Translations under genes and position numbers: made by a program
Notes under the pieces: model-generated
Databases searched by the model: none
What the model saw: only the letters and a program-made list of their open reading frames with translations
What the model was told of the DNA's origin: nothing
Assembly (NCBI GenBank): GCA_050250895.1
Contig: JBFWNU010000008.1
Coordinates: 96,001-160,000 of the forward strand
DNA: 64,000 bases
DNA from: Vulcanimicrobiota bacterium
Lineage (GTDB): Bacteria; Vulcanimicrobiota; Xenobia; Xenobiales; JADMJV01
Reading direction: 5' to 3'
In this document: in pieces, positions 40,653 to 53,243 of the stretch
Layout: each line of letters starts with the position of its first letter
Numbering within the stretch: the stretch's first letter is position 1

Positions 40653-43600
40653 CATGGCCGTCAGGCCCGCGGTGGACGGAAAGCCTCCCTGGCTGCCTAG
40701 CTCGACCAGGCCCGTGCGCAAATCGACGGTCATTTCCAGCACGGCATCGTAGAGACGCACGACCCAGGCGGGGGTCGTGGCCTGGCTGCTGACTCGGACC
40801 GGATGCAGTGACCCATCGGGGGCGCGAAACAGGTGCAGCCCGCTTTCGGCGGCCAGCAAGCGGTGGCAGAGCAAGCCTTCGATAGCCAGGCCCCGGGCGG
40901 CGGGTCGAGCCTCCAGAGCCATGTTTTCGGCCAGGCTTTCGAAGCAGGTTTTGAGGCCTGTGCCCCATTCGGGATCGCCCAGGGCGGTGAACTGCAGGCT
41001 CAATCGGGTAGGGGAGGGCGCGGCCAGTTCCGCCGCCGTGTGGAGTAGCAGTGCCCAATCGGCCAGCACCGGGCTAGGCTTGGCTTCGGGTCGCTCGGCG
41101 CAGGCGGTCGCCAGCCTCTGCAGCTCCTGGGTCAGCGAACCCGCCAGTAACCCCAGCCAGAGTGGTTCGGGGGCCATGACCAGGCGCGGGCCGCTGTCGC
41201 GCCGACGGGTCTTGCGCTCAGTATTGCGCAAGCTGGCCCGCAGACGCCGGGCTTCATCGCGGGCAGCGAAGTAGGCTAGTTCGGCGTGGCTGGGCTCTTC
41301 TCCGATGGTGGTGGGAGCGGCCGGGTTGATCACCTCGGCCTCAAGCATTTCGAGCTGGCGCGTCAGTTCGGGGAGTTCCGGGCGGGGACCGCGCTGGTCG
41401 CGCACCCGGGGGCAGGCCGCCAGGGGCTCGAGTTCCACCGTGATCGGGCTGCCCGCTCGTAAGCGCAGCAGAGTCGGGGTTTCGGGCGGGACCGAGGCGA
41501 GCAGGGCAGCCAGCGGGGCGGTGATGTGACGCTCGACCTCACGCTTGAGGGCTCGCGCTCCTAGTTCGGGGTGATAACCGGTCTCCACAATCTTGTCGAG
41601 GGCCTGGGGGTCCACCGCCAGGATGCACTGGCGGCGCACCAGGCCGGCGCGGTGGAAGAGGTTCTCGATGAGCCCGCTGGCCAATTCTCGAACCTCGTCT
41701 CGCGGAAGGCGTGCGAAGGGTACGATACGGTCCAGGCGATTGACGAACTCGGGGGCGAAAAAGGCCCCGACGGCTTTGCGGTAAGCCAGGGATTCCTCGT
41801 GATCGCGACTGCGAATGCCGAAGGCTCTTCCGACCTCCTGGGCCCCGACATTGGAGGTGAGAATTACCAGGCACTGGCTGAAATCGGCCGTGCGGCCCAG
41901 GGCATCGGTGAGGCGCGCGTCCCCGAGTAATCCGAGCAGCAGGTTGAACACATCGGGGTGGGCCTTTTCGATTTCGTCGAGCAGCAGCACGCAGAACGGT
42001 TGGCGTCGGACGGCTGCAGCCAGCAAGCCCTCGGGATGGCGCTCGTCGCCAACCAGCCGGGCCACCGCGTCGGGCTGGAGAAACTCGTTCATGTCGAAGC
42101 GGACCATGCGGTCTGGGGCGCCGAAAAGGTATTCCGCCAGGAGGCGCGCGCAGTGGGTTTTGCCCACGCCGGTGGGGCCGACGAAGAGAAGGTTGGCCAG
42201 GGGGCGCCCCGGTTCGCAGAGGCCGGCTTTGAGCACGGTGACGGTGTCCACCAGCGCCTTCAGAGCCTCGGGCTGGCCCGCCAGCCGGGCGACAAAGTGG
42301 GCCTCGAGCTCGGCGGGGTCGAGGTCCTGGCGCTCGTCGAGGATGGCCGAGGCCAGACCGGTCTGGGCGCTAAACTGCTCGAGCACCCGGGTCCGGCCGA
42401 TGCGCTCGCCTTTATAGGTTGTGCCGCACTGGCGCAGCAGACGCACGGCCTTGCCCGGAAAGCACAGCCAGGGTAGGTGGCGATTCCCGAGTTCGCGCGC
42501 CGTCTCGAAGGCCTCGAGTTCGAACTGGCAGTCGAACTCTCGCTCGAGTTGACGCGCTTGCGAGAGCAGCACGCCCAGGGTGACGGTGGGGTTGGTCTCT
42601 TCGAGGTGAACCGTCTGGAACTGATCGCACAACCCCCGGTCGCGCTCTTGCAGGCGGGACCAGGCGGATGGGGTCATCTCGGCCAGGACTCGGACCGAGC
42701 GCCGTTCGATGTAGGGGCGCAGCACATCGATCACCGAGAGTTCGCAGTCGCGACTCTGGCCCGCCCGGTAGAGCCCCGGAAAGTCGTCAAAATAGAGCAC
42801 CAGCTCACCCTTCTGAGCGTGCTCTAAAATAGCCAGCAGGCGCCGCTCCCATTGGCCCAGATAAGACATGCCCGAGATCAAGCGTTGGGGGCCGAGCAGC
42901 CAAAGGCGGCGGCTTCGTGGGTCCTGATGGAGCTGCCTGCGGGCTAGTTCATGGATGAGAGCCGTCTTGCCAACCAGGGGGCCTCCCAACACCACCACCG
43001 GGGCGTGGCTTTCCAGCGCCTGTTCCAATTGCTGGCTCTGGGGTCCGCGACCGTCGCAGGGCGAGAGAGCATCGGGATAGAGGTCTTCCAGGCAGCGACC
43101 AACTCGCTCGAGTTCAGCCATGCCGGTGCCAACCCGTGCTTCTTCGAGCAAGGCCTGGCCATCGTGGGCAGCCTCGTCGAGCCGGTTGCGATCCGGCTCG
43201 AGTTCGAGTTCCAGGCTGGTGAGCCAGGCTCGCCCCGCCAGACTGACCTCCTCGGGAGAGGGTTTGGGCTGGCGACGAAAATAGTCGACCAGAAACCGCG
43301 CGAGCTCGCTTTTGATGTCTTCGGGTCGGGCAACCTCGAACCAAACCTGGGGCAGGGCCGGCAGATGGACGAGCCAGCGCTCGAACTGGCGAAAAAAGAT
43401 CACCAGCAGGCGACAATGAGCCGTTCGTTTGGCCAGGGGAAAGGTCACCTCGAGCAGTTTCTCGCGCAGAGGCGGGCTGAACAGATGCTCGGCTAACTCG
43501 TCCTGGCGAGGCAGTTGGCTGATCTCCTCGAGCTCTTTGCGCACTGACCCGGCCAGGCGGTGCAGGACCCGTTCAAGCCGCTGCCCGCGTTCTCGCAGAT

Positions 43601-43682
43601 GGGGGGCAAAAAGCATGCGCAGTTGGAAGTACGGGTATTCTCGACTCGCCCCTTCGACGTAAACTGGCAGAGAAAAGCGCAT
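40605..43682 (-). CDS. Clp/Hsp100-like double AAA+ ATPase with a C-terminal release-factor-like segment
   Basis: GGPLVGKT/VLYFDD; GPTGVGKT, RFDMNEF, LLLDEIEKAHPDV, ILTSNVG, FAPEFVNRLD, GARALKR; C-terminal ESGLH and DLRTG. Confidence 0.88.
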   Translation of the reverse strand: MRFSLPVYVEGASREYPYFQLRMLFAPHLRERGQRLERVLHRLAGSVRKELEEISQLPRQDELAEHLFSPPLREKLLEVTFPLAKRTAHCRLLVIFFRQFERWLVHLPALPQVWFEVARPEDIKSELARFLVDYFRRQPKPSPEEVSLAGRAWLTSLELELEPDRNRLDEAAHDGQALLEEARVGTGMAELERVGRCLEDLYPDALSPCDGRGPQSQQLEQALESHAPVVVLGGPLVGKTALIHELARRQLHQDPRSRRLWLLGPQRLISGMSYLGQWERRLLAILEHAQKGELVLYFDDFPGLYRAGQSRDCELSVIDVLRPYIERRSVRVLAEMTPSAWSRLQERDRGLCDQFQTVHLEETNPTVTLGVLLSQARQLEREFDCQFELEAFETARELGNRHLPWLCFPGKAVRLLRQCGTTYKGERIGRTRVLEQFSAQTGLASAILDERQDLDPAELEAHFVARLAGQPEALKALVDTVTVLKAGLCEPGRPLANLLFVGPTGVGKTHCARLLAEYLFGAPDRMVRFDMNEFLQPDAVARLVGDERHPEGLLAAAVRRQPFCVLLLDEIEKAHPDVFNLLLGLLGDARLTDALGRTADFSQCLVILTSNVGAQEVGRAFGIRSRDHEESLAYRKAVGAFFAPEFVNRLDRIVPFARLPRDEVRELASGLIENLFHRAGLVRRQCILAVDPQALDKIVETGYHPELGARALKREVERHITAPLAALLASVPPETPTLLRLRAGSPITVELEPLAACPRVRDQRGPRPELPELTRQLEMLEAEVINPAAPTTIGEEPSHAELAYFAARDEARRLRASLRNTERKTRRRDSGPRLVMAPEPLWLGLLAGSLTQELQRLATACAERPEAKPSPVLADWALLLHTAAELAAPSPTRLSLQFTALGDPEWGTGLKTCFESLAENMALEARPAARGLAIEGLLCHRLLAAESGLHLFRAPDGSLHPVRVSSQATTPAWVVRLYDAVLEMTVDLRTGLVELGSQGGFPSTAGLTAMLLAGLSLKPAPAGRA

Positions 43683-43789
43683 TGACCATCGTTCCTGGCT
43701 TTCGGGTCGGCCTCCTGGTTAGTCCAACCCTGGGAGGATGCAAGTCTTGTGTCGGTCTGCTACAATAGGACGTTGGAGGGATTTGTTCT

Positions 43790-44203
43790 TTGGTCAAAGC
43801 TCGCTCACGACGCGGATTCAACCTGCTAGAGGTCACGCTGGCGGCCTTTATCTTCAGCATCGTGTCGATCGCGTTTGCCCAGGTATGGGTCTATCACACC
43901 CGTGCCATGGAAAAGACCCGCCACTACCTGGTGGCTTCCCACCTGGCCCAGAGCCTCATCGAGGGCAAGATGGCTCTGGGTTATGCCGGAGTGGACACCG
44001 GCGTCGAAACCGACTTTGCCGAGATGCGCACCCGCGTTCAGGGCACCGATATCACGGTTCGCTACGATTACACCGTCACCATCACCGAGATGGATCCCAG
44101 TCTGGCCGACAAGAAGCGCGCCGTCGAAGTGTTGGTCAAGTGGCACGATAGCACCAACCGAGGGGAGGTGCGGCTTGAGACGATTCTCGGCAGCGCGATC
44201 TAG
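43790..44203 (+). CDS. Type IV minor pilin/pseudopilin (PilV-like)
   Basis: Class III signal RRG|FNLLEVTLAAFIF; GGAGG RBS. Confidence 0.85.
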   Translation: MVKARSRRGFNLLEVTLAAFIFSIVSIAFAQVWVYHTRAMEKTRHYLVASHLAQSLIEGKMALGYAGVDTGVETDFAEMRTRVQGTDITVRYDYTVTITEMDPSLADKKRAVEVLVKWHDSTNRGEVRLETILGSAI

Positions 44204-44804
44204 ACCGCGCGGTACCACTCTCATCGAGTTGGCGGTGGCTACCTGCATCGTCGGGCTTTTGATGATCGAGATTTGGGGCATGATGCACTACGGGGCGCGT
44301 TACATGAAGCGCTCCAACGAGACTCTCGAGTTGCAGATCTCCACCTTGAAGGCACTCAGTTGGATGTCGCGTGAACTGGCCGAGAGTAGCCCCATCAGCG
44401 TGCGTAACGAGACCGACGGCAGTTACCCCACGAAAGGGCTGGTGTTCGGCGTGCCCCGCGACGAGAACGGCAACCTTGTTCCCGACGCCAACGGCCGTTT
44501 GCGGTGGATGGCTCTGGTCAGCTACTACATCGATGATACTCCGGGTCAACGGCCACGCCTGATGCGCGCGGTCGAACCCTGGCCTGCCGGCCCCTCGGCC
44601 CCTATCAACCCGATCCCCCCCAGCCAGGGGGCAGATCATTTTCGAACTTCAGCCGCCATCATCAACCGTCGCGTCGTGGCCGTGGGCGTCACCGACCTGA
44701 TCGTCACGCCCAGCGGCGATAGCCTTCGCGTCGAAATGATGACCGAGAACGAGACCAAAGATACGGCCATCGAGTCGATGACCGTTCTGGATCTCAGGAA
44801 CTGA
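44175..44804 (+). CDS. Type IV minor pilin/pseudopilin (PilW/PulJ-like)
   Basis: RPRG|TTLIELAVATCIVGLLM; TTG start after GGGGAGG. Confidence 0.8.
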   Translation: MRRFSAARSRPRGTTLIELAVATCIVGLLMIEIWGMMHYGARYMKRSNETLELQISTLKALSWMSRELAESSPISVRNETDGSYPTKGLVFGVPRDENGNLVPDANGRLRWMALVSYYIDDTPGQRPRLMRAVEPWPAGPSAPINPIPPSQGADHFRTSAAIINRRVVAVGVTDLIVTPSGDSLRVEMMTENETKDTAIESMTVLDLRN

Positions 44805-44811
44805 GGAGAAC

Positions 44812-46360
<1,549 letters not shown>

Positions 46361-46371
<11 letters not shown>

Positions 46372-49300
46372 GCACGTGGGCCTCGGCCCTCTGTAAATAG
46401 ACCTGTTCGATCCAGGCCCCCACTACGGGGGCCGGATTTTTTCCCGACCAGCTGGTCTGCTTCCCCAGGCGAAAGTCTTCCGCTATGCCTTTGGAGTAGT
46501 CGTAGTGGCGGCGTTTGGCGGCCAGAAACCGGGTGCGCCGAGCGCGCACTTCTTCGGCCGGGTGATAACCCGAGATCTCTCCCTCGCTCACCTCGACCAG
46601 GCAGTGGTGACCTCCGTCGAAGGTGTGCAATCCGGTCTCGGGCTCCAGACGGGCGAAGACGCCGGGACCCTCCAGGCAGCAGATGGCTCCCAGGCATTCC
46701 TGCGGCAACTCGCCACGGTACGGAAAGGCCAACAGTTCGGCCTGCTCGTCGGGTTGGCTCACCCACTGGCCAGCCACGCAGGCGAACCCGCCGGGCTTCC
46801 AGGGATGGGCCGGCGCGAACACCGCGTAGCACTGGCTCAGCAGTCCGGGCAATTCGGTGTAGAGAGCCAGCAGACGACGAACCATGGGGGTGCTGGCCGC
46901 GAAAATTCCGACAGTGGCCTGATCGGGGCGATCAAAGTGCAACGAATAGAGCGCGAGCAAGAGCCCTTGCGCCTGCTCGTCGAGTTGCTTCAGCAACTCG
47001 GGAGCCTCGGGGCCTTCGACCAGATATTGCTCTTCCACCGCTTCGGCCTGAGCTAGAGCTGAGCTCAGGCGCTTCCACAATGCCTTGCGAGCCGGCAACC
47101 TGGAGAGCCAGCGGAGCTGGTCGGGGTCAGCATGCCCGGCTGGGGAGGCTTGAGACTCGAGCCGCTCGAGTTGGGTAATCTCGTTTTCGAGTTCTAGGGC
47201 TGAGACCGAGCCTTTGAGTCGATCCAGGCGTCGTCGCCGTTGGGCCGCCTGTTCCAACCGTTCGCCGGCCCGAGTGCGGGTCGCTCGCGCTTCGAGTTTG
47301 ACCTCGAGTCCCACCACCCTGGGTTTGCCCTGGCATAGACTGCGAGCCAGGGGGACGACCACCTCGTCGTGCACCACCCGCTTGAGGTGGCGGGCGCCAA
47401 AGGCGGCATCGTAGCCAAGCTGGCTTAGTCTGGTCAACAGAGCCGGACTGGGGGTCAGGCGAGCCCTCTGGGTGGCCAGCCCGTGACGTTGCTCGAGGCG
47501 ACCGACTTCGCGGGCGGCTAGCCGTTGGATATCGGCGGGCTCGAGCGGCGCGAACGGAATGACACGGTCGATCCGGTTGAACAACTCAGGGCGAAAACTC
47601 TTGCGGGCCGACTCGACGAAATGAGCGTCGCCAGTTGGGGCCACCTGGCGCAGGCCCATTCCGGACTGGCGAAACGAGTCCACCCCCAGATTGGACGTCA
47701 TGATCACCACGGTATTGCTGAAGTCGGCGGTGCGGCCGGCGGCGTCGCTCACCCGTCCTTCCCCCAGAATTCCCAGTAGCAGATCGAACAGGCTGGGATC
47801 GGCCTTCTCGAGCTCGTCGAAAAGCACCACCGAGAACGGCCGGCCTCGCACGGCCGAGGTCAGCGCGCCCGCTCCGTCTGGACCCCGGATCAGGCGTTCC
47901 ACCGCCCAGGGGTCTGAATACTCGCTCATGTCGAACCGCACCACGCGCGAGGCATCCGAGAAGAGAAAGCCAGCCAGAGTGCGAGCCATCTCGGTCTTGC
48001 CCACCCCAGAGGGTCCCACGAAGAGAAGGCTCACGATGGGTCGCCCGACTCGGGTGACGCCAGATTTCGCCCGGGTAATGGCATCGGTCACCATCGAGGC
48101 GGCCAGGGGTTGGCCGAGAACTCGTGAGGCGAAGTAGTCCAGGGTCTCGTCGGGATGGTAGCGCTCGGTCGGTGAGACCAAAAAGAGCGGCAAGCCGGTC
48201 TCTTGCGAGAAAGTCTGACACACCGTTTCTTCGGTGATTTTCTGGCTGCCGCCCTCGAGCAACCCTCGCAGAAATCGCAGCGGTCTGCCCGGATAGGCCG
48301 AATAGGTGGCAAAGCGCCGGTGGAGACGGTCGATGCATTCGAGCGCTTCGAGTTCGATGGTGTCCTCGCTTCCGGCCCACTCTACTGCGGTCTTGAGCAG
48401 GATCGATTGGCCGGCGCCGGCGCCGGGAGCCTCCATCTCAAAAAGCGAGAAAGCAGCCAGCAGGTGCGGAGCACGCTCTTCGAGGTTGCGCAACTGCTCG
48501 GGGTCGCACTCACAGATAGCGCTCAGTCGGCCGCGGGCCATGGCCGGGCGAAGGTATTCAGCCATCCCCTCCGGAGTGGACGCCGACCGTCCGGCCTCCA
48601 GGAGGTGGGTCAGCGCTCCAAGATGGACTACCGCCTTCTGGTTGGCGGCCGCTTCGATCAGGCGCTGGCAGTTCTGCTGCCACATTCCGAAGCCTTCGGC
48701 CCCAGCCAAAAGGCGAGAACCGGTGGTTTCATAGAACGGTGTTGCGCCGAGCTGAAGGCTCGCTTTGCGCCGCACCAACTCGCGCACCAGGGCCGTCTTG
48801 CCGCAACCCGGGGGCCCGCATAGGAGAACGCTCTTGCAGCCCGGCTCGAGCCACTCCGCCAGCTTCTCCACCAGCTCATCGAACTCATAGGCCCTGGGCA
48901 TCTGGTCGGGCTTGAGGGCGGTGGCCAACTCTTGAAGGGGATTCTCCTCGGTCACCTGGCCGGGTTCGCAGGCGATCTCCAGCCGTCGAAATTCGAACGG
49001 TCCGCAAGGCAGGCTCACCAGTCCTCCCAGGTTGGCCAACAGGCCTCGACGTCGCAGCTCTTGCTCGATGCTCTGGGCTACGAATTCGGCCGGCTCCTGG
49101 GTTTTTGGCGCCAGCAGTTCAAGGTCTAGAGCGGGCACGCAGGCTCCCCACAGACCGGCACCCTGGGGCCACCGCAGGTAGTCGAATGCCAGCTCGACGG
49201 CGCGGCTAAAGCCCGCGGGTTCGGCCGGCCGGGCCTGGACCACCACGCGCTCCTGGACCCAGTGTTCAGGTTCGGCCAGGTTGTGATGGTGTTGTTCGGG

Positions 49301-49459
49301 CACGCCGGCCAGCAGGTGGCCCAACCCTTCTTCGAGTCGCTGCAACACCTCTTCTGGTTGTTCTGCCAGGGCTGAAAACTCGGGAAAGAACAGCGCCTGG
49401 CCCAGCCAGCCCTCGGGGCCCGCTGGACGCAGCCACACCAGCACCGGCAGCGTGCTCAA
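46361..49459 (-). CDS. Second Clp/Hsp100-like double AAA+ ATPase with C-terminal release-factor-like domains
   Basis: GPPGCGKT; GPSGVGKT, RFDMSEY, VLFDELEKA, MTSNLG, FRPELFNRID, GARHLKR; C-terminal EGPGVFARLEPETGLH and RHYDYSKGIAEDFRLG. Confidence 0.88.
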
Positions 49460-50505
49460 CGATAGGCCTGATAGGCCAGCCTGGCCACCTGGGCGATGAG
49501 GCGGTCGGCCTTGGATTCGCCCCGGACCTGGCGGGTGAATCCGACCACGATGAGATAATCGCCCGAGGGTAGCTCGATGATGCCGGCGTCATTACGAATT
49601 CCGGCCAGCGTGCCGGTCTTGTGATAGATCGGCACACTTGCGTCGAGCAGGCTGGGAATGCGAGTGTGGTATTTCTGGCCGGCCATCACGTCCAGGCAGT
49701 AGGCGGTCTGGGTGGGGTCGAGCAGTTCGCCGGCCACCAATTTGGCCAGCAGCCAGCCCATATCCTCAGGCGAAGCCAGGTTGTCCATGGCGGCGGCTAC
49801 CGCAGCGTCTTCTTGATCGCTTTGGGCTGAGGAACCGTCTTCGATGGCCTGGAATTGCTTCAAGCTGAGGGTTTTCGATTTTTCGAACACGGTCTCGGCA
49901 AGCTGATGACGCTGTGGCTGGCTCATCGCCAGCCAGCGGCGGGCTATAGCCATGGGCCCCAACCCACTCAAGCCTGGGGCACGACCCAGTGAAAGAAGCC
50001 AGGCGGTGCGGTTATTCATGAAGATATCGCTATGAGTCAGACCCAGACCCGTCATCATCTGATTGACGCTGTCGTGGCCGATGTGATTGAAGAGCATGTC
50101 GGTAGCCGTGTTGTCCGAGATGCTCATCATCAAGCGCATACATCTGTCCAAGGACACGGTGGTGCCGTTGCGGCTGTGCTGCAACTGGCCGCTTCCGATG
50201 CATTTCTCGGCCTCGTTGATAGTAAAGCTCGTGGTGCGGCTCAGGCTACCGGCCTGGATCCGGCGGGCCACCTCGATCATGATGGGCACCTTGAACACGC
50301 TGGCCAGTGGGAAGGGGGTCGTGCCGTTGAGGCTGACCATCTCTCCGCTAGCGGGATGGATGATGGCGATGCCGGCCTCGAGCTGACCCCGGTGCTGGTT
50401 GACCAGGTAACGGACATCATTATCGAGCTTTTTGCGCCGGGCCTCGTCGGCCCAACCGGGCAGGCAGGCGAGCATCAGAAGCAGGGCGAGCAGTTTTCTT
50501 TTCAT
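49456..50505 (-). CDS. Secreted class A beta-lactamase-like serine hydrolase
   Basis: Signal peptide; SVFK, SDN and HKTG motifs. Confidence 0.85.
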   Translation of the reverse strand: MKRKLLALLLMLACLPGWADEARRKKLDNDVRYLVNQHRGQLEAGIAIIHPASGEMVSLNGTTPFPLASVFKVPIMIEVARRIQAGSLSRTTSFTINEAEKCIGSGQLQHSRNGTTVSLDRCMRLMMSISDNTATDMLFNHIGHDSVNQMMTGLGLTHSDIFMNNRTAWLLSLGRAPGLSGLGPMAIARRWLAMSQPQRHQLAETVFEKSKTLSLKQFQAIEDGSSAQSDQEDAAVAAAMDNLASPEDMGWLLAKLVAGELLDPTQTAYCLDVMAGQKYHTRIPSLLDASVPIYHKTGTLAGIRNDAGIIELPSGDYLIVVGFTRQVRGESKADRLIAQVARLAYQAYR

Positions 50506-51527
50506 TGGGATTCCTCAAGAGCGGCGTTTTGCAAGTTTAACCGGGACAGCATTCCCCGGGTCGCGATCCGCAGTAGCGGATTGCACAGGGCCAGAGGCAA
50601 CGACCACAGCAGCATGGCATAGACCCAGCGCCGGCTGACCTTGACCACCCGGCCGGGCTCGAGCCAATCAGGACGCGCCGCCAGCCGATTCAGGGTAGCC
50701 AGTCCGATTAGGACCGGCCACAGGGTGGCCAGTCGCAGCCGCAGGCATCGCGGCGGGATGGCCAGCAGGTAGGCCACCGCGTCGGCATAGTAGTTCGACG
50801 CTCGACCCAGCCATTTCGAGAGCACCGGGGCGGCCCGACGTGAGTTGCCGGGCAACAACAGGTCGGACGGCACCAGGCCTCGACCGGCCAGCTCGTCGAG
50901 GGGCAGGTAACAGCGCCCGTTGCGAAGGTCTCGGGGCAGATCGCGCAACACATTGGTCAGCTGCAGAGCCTTGCCGAAGCGGATGCCCAGCGGCTCCATC
51001 ACCTCGGGGTCCCAATTGGCCAGGGCGACGCTGTGACGCCGGCTGACCACTGTCCAGAACTCGCCCACGCAGCCCGCCACCAGATAGATGTAGCGCTCGA
51101 GGTCCCTCTCGTCGGCCAGGGCTAACAGACTGTCGGCTTGGAACCGCTCGAGGTCGAACTCCATCCCCGTGATCAAGGTCTCGACCACCCGCCGCACTGC
51201 CAGGCGATCGCGCCTGGGCAGCTGGTCGTAGAGCGAAAAGGCTTCGGGCAGAGCCTCGAGCAGAGCCCCCTCGGCCTGGTCGGCGGGCCGAACGGCAGCC
51301 ACCCGATATTCGGTGCCGGGTTGGGCCAGTCGGGCCTTGAGCCGAGCCAGTTCGGGGCCGCGCTCGCCCGGCTTCACAGCGGCGGTGTCGGCCATCGTGT
51401 CGGCCGCTCGGGCCAGTAAATAGGCCAATCCAACCACTTCGCGCATTCCGGCCGGCAACACCCTGATGGTGAGATAGAAGGCTCGCGAAACCGACCGCAG
51501 GATGTCGGTCAGAAGAGGCTGACTCAA
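50502..51527 (-). CDS. Squalene/phytoene synthase family protein
   Basis: VSRAFYLTIRVLP, ARAADTMAD, YIYLVAGCVGEFWT, LQLTNVLRDLPRD...GRCYLP. Confidence 0.85.
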   Translation of the reverse strand: MSQPLLTDILRSVSRAFYLTIRVLPAGMREVVGLAYLLARAADTMADTAAVKPGERGPELARLKARLAQPGTEYRVAAVRPADQAEGALLEALPEAFSLYDQLPRRDRLAVRRVVETLITGMEFDLERFQADSLLALADERDLERYIYLVAGCVGEFWTVVSRRHSVALANWDPEVMEPLGIRFGKALQLTNVLRDLPRDLRNGRCYLPLDELAGRGLVPSDLLLPGNSRRAAPVLSKWLGRASNYYADAVAYLLAIPPRCLRLRLATLWPVLIGLATLNRLAARPDWLEPGRVVKVSRRWVYAMLLWSLPLALCNPLLRIATRGMLSRLNLQNAALEESQ

Positions 51528-52168
51528 AGTGGCGCTCCCAAAAGTTCGAGCACGCCGCGATAGTCCCCGCGCAGGCGCTGCCGAGCCCAGTCCGAGGGAG
51601 TCAAGCCATGGCGATCCTTGGCCTGGGGCGAGGCGCCCGCCGCCAACAGCAGCTTGACCTCACCCGTGAGCCCCTCGGCGGCCGCCTGGTGGAGCGGAGT
51701 GCGCCCCTCGTGGTCGGGCTGGTGCACATCGGCCCCGGCTGCGAGCAAGCGCCGGGTGATCCCGAGATGGCGGCGCTCGACCGAGGCCAGCAACGGGGTC
51801 ACGCCGTCCCGGTCACGAGTGTCGAGCCTGGCCCCTCGCGTTACCAGCATTTCTAGGATGGTCAGATGACCACCAGCGGCGGCCGCAAACACGGCCGTGT
51901 TGCCTTGGGGAGTGGCGGCCTCGAGTTCGCTGCCCAGCTCGATCAGCAGCATCACCATCTCGGGACGGTTCATCGCCGCGGCCCGGTAAAGGGGACGTAT
52001 CCCCCGACCCAGGTCGGAGTTGACCAGCGATGGATCTTGCTCGGCCATCCGGCGGACCTCGCTTAGATCCCCTTCGTGAAGGGCCTTGAAAAATTCGACT
52101 TTGGGGTCCTGGGCGAGGGCTTGTCCGAGCAAGCTACAAACCATGACGAACACGAGTGGCCAGCGCAT
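51524..52168 (-). CDS. Secreted ankyrin-repeat protein
   Basis: Signal peptide; G.TPL/TAV..AA repeats (GRTPLHQAA). Confidence 0.85.
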   Translation of the reverse strand: MRWPLVFVMVCSLLGQALAQDPKVEFFKALHEGDLSEVRRMAEQDPSLVNSDLGRGIRPLYRAAAMNRPEMVMLLIELGSELEAATPQGNTAVFAAAAGGHLTILEMLVTRGARLDTRDRDGVTPLLASVERRHLGITRRLLAAGADVHQPDHEGRTPLHQAAAEGLTGEVKLLLAAGASPQAKDRHGLTPSDWARQRLRGDYRGVLELLGAPL

Positions 52169-52219
52169 GTTGCGGGCTTCGGCGAGGGGGAACTCACTCC
52201 TAGCGGAGAATCAGTCAGG

Positions 52220-53164
52220 GTGGAAAAGATCCTGGATCGGATTCTAGCCTTCTCGGGAATCGCTTTGTTGGTGGCGGTTCTGCTGGCCTGGTTCGTGACG
52301 CCGATCCTGTTTGGCTCCACCGCCAACGAAAGCGATCAACCGGCCATCGTCTCGAGCCGTAAGCCTGGGGTGGAGGAGTCGCGTCGTCAACTGCCCGGCT
52401 CGGTGGTTAAAGTGGCTTCTCGCAAGCCAGGGGGCAAGACCCGGGTTAACCCAGACGATCCCCCCATTCCCAATCGCAAGCCCACCCGACCGGCTCCTCG
52501 CCCCAGTCCGACCCCGGCCGCTACGCCCGTGGCCAATCCCTTACCTCAGCGCAAGCCCAGCCACCCCATCGGCCATCCCGACGTGGCTCCGCCGCCGCCG
52601 CTGCCCGAGGGCAAGGTCCCGACGCTGGCCTGGGTGCTCGACGATCTGAACGCCTATCAAGAGCCCGGTCTCAACCGTCCTATCGCCTCTCGTTTGCAAG
52701 CCGGCGATCAGGTGAGGTTCATCGAGAACCGGGATGATTGGGACCGGGTCATTCTAGACGGCCGAGGTGAAGCCTGGCTGCCAGCCAATCATCTGGCCTT
52801 CGAACGCCCTAAGATTGCCGGCCCCAGCGCCGGTCAGAGCGTGGTCGAGTGCGTGCAGGGATACTTCCAGTCGCTCGACCAGCGAGACTTTCCGGCCGCC
52901 TATTCGATGTTGGCCTCGGCCCGTCAGCAAGAGTGGCCCTATGAGAACTTCACCTCGAACTATACTAGTTTATCCGGAGCCGAATGCCGGGTCGAGCGAA
53001 TCGAGAGTCAGGGGCCGGCCGAGGCGCTGGTATCGGTCAGGGTTCGACTCAACGACTTCGAAGGGCAAAGGCTCTACACCGGTACGGCCTCGCTGGTGAA
53101 TGAGGGAGGCCGGTGGTTAATTCGAGGGTTGGCCCTGACGCCCGAGGCCACTCAGGTCGAGTGA
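52220..53164 (+). CDS. Membrane-anchored protein with a Pro-rich linker, an SH3b-like domain and an NTF2-like C-terminal domain
   Basis: N-terminal TM; LNAYQEPG...LQAGDQV...W..V...GEAWLP; start GTG 52220 inferred. Confidence 0.6.
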   Translation: MEKILDRILAFSGIALLVAVLLAWFVTPILFGSTANESDQPAIVSSRKPGVEESRRQLPGSVVKVASRKPGGKTRVNPDDPPIPNRKPTRPAPRPSPTPAATPVANPLPQRKPSHPIGHPDVAPPPPLPEGKVPTLAWVLDDLNAYQEPGLNRPIASRLQAGDQVRFIENRDDWDRVILDGRGEAWLPANHLAFERPKIAGPSAGQSVVECVQGYFQSLDQRDFPAAYSMLASARQQEWPYENFTSNYTSLSGAECRVERIESQGPAEALVSVRVRLNDFEGQRLYTGTASLVNEGGRWLIRGLALTPEATQVE

Positions 53165-53243
53165 GGCAGGGAAGCCAGACCCTTTCGTCATAAATAGTAA
53201 GTTAGAGGGATCGGCCGCGGGCCGATCCGGACAGGAGGAGCCA

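Noticed and set aside
49456-50505. Acquired antibiotic-resistance beta-lactamase
   Set aside because: It is a divergent class A-like serine hydrolase with a large insertion, no mobile context, and a position inside a chromosomal operon
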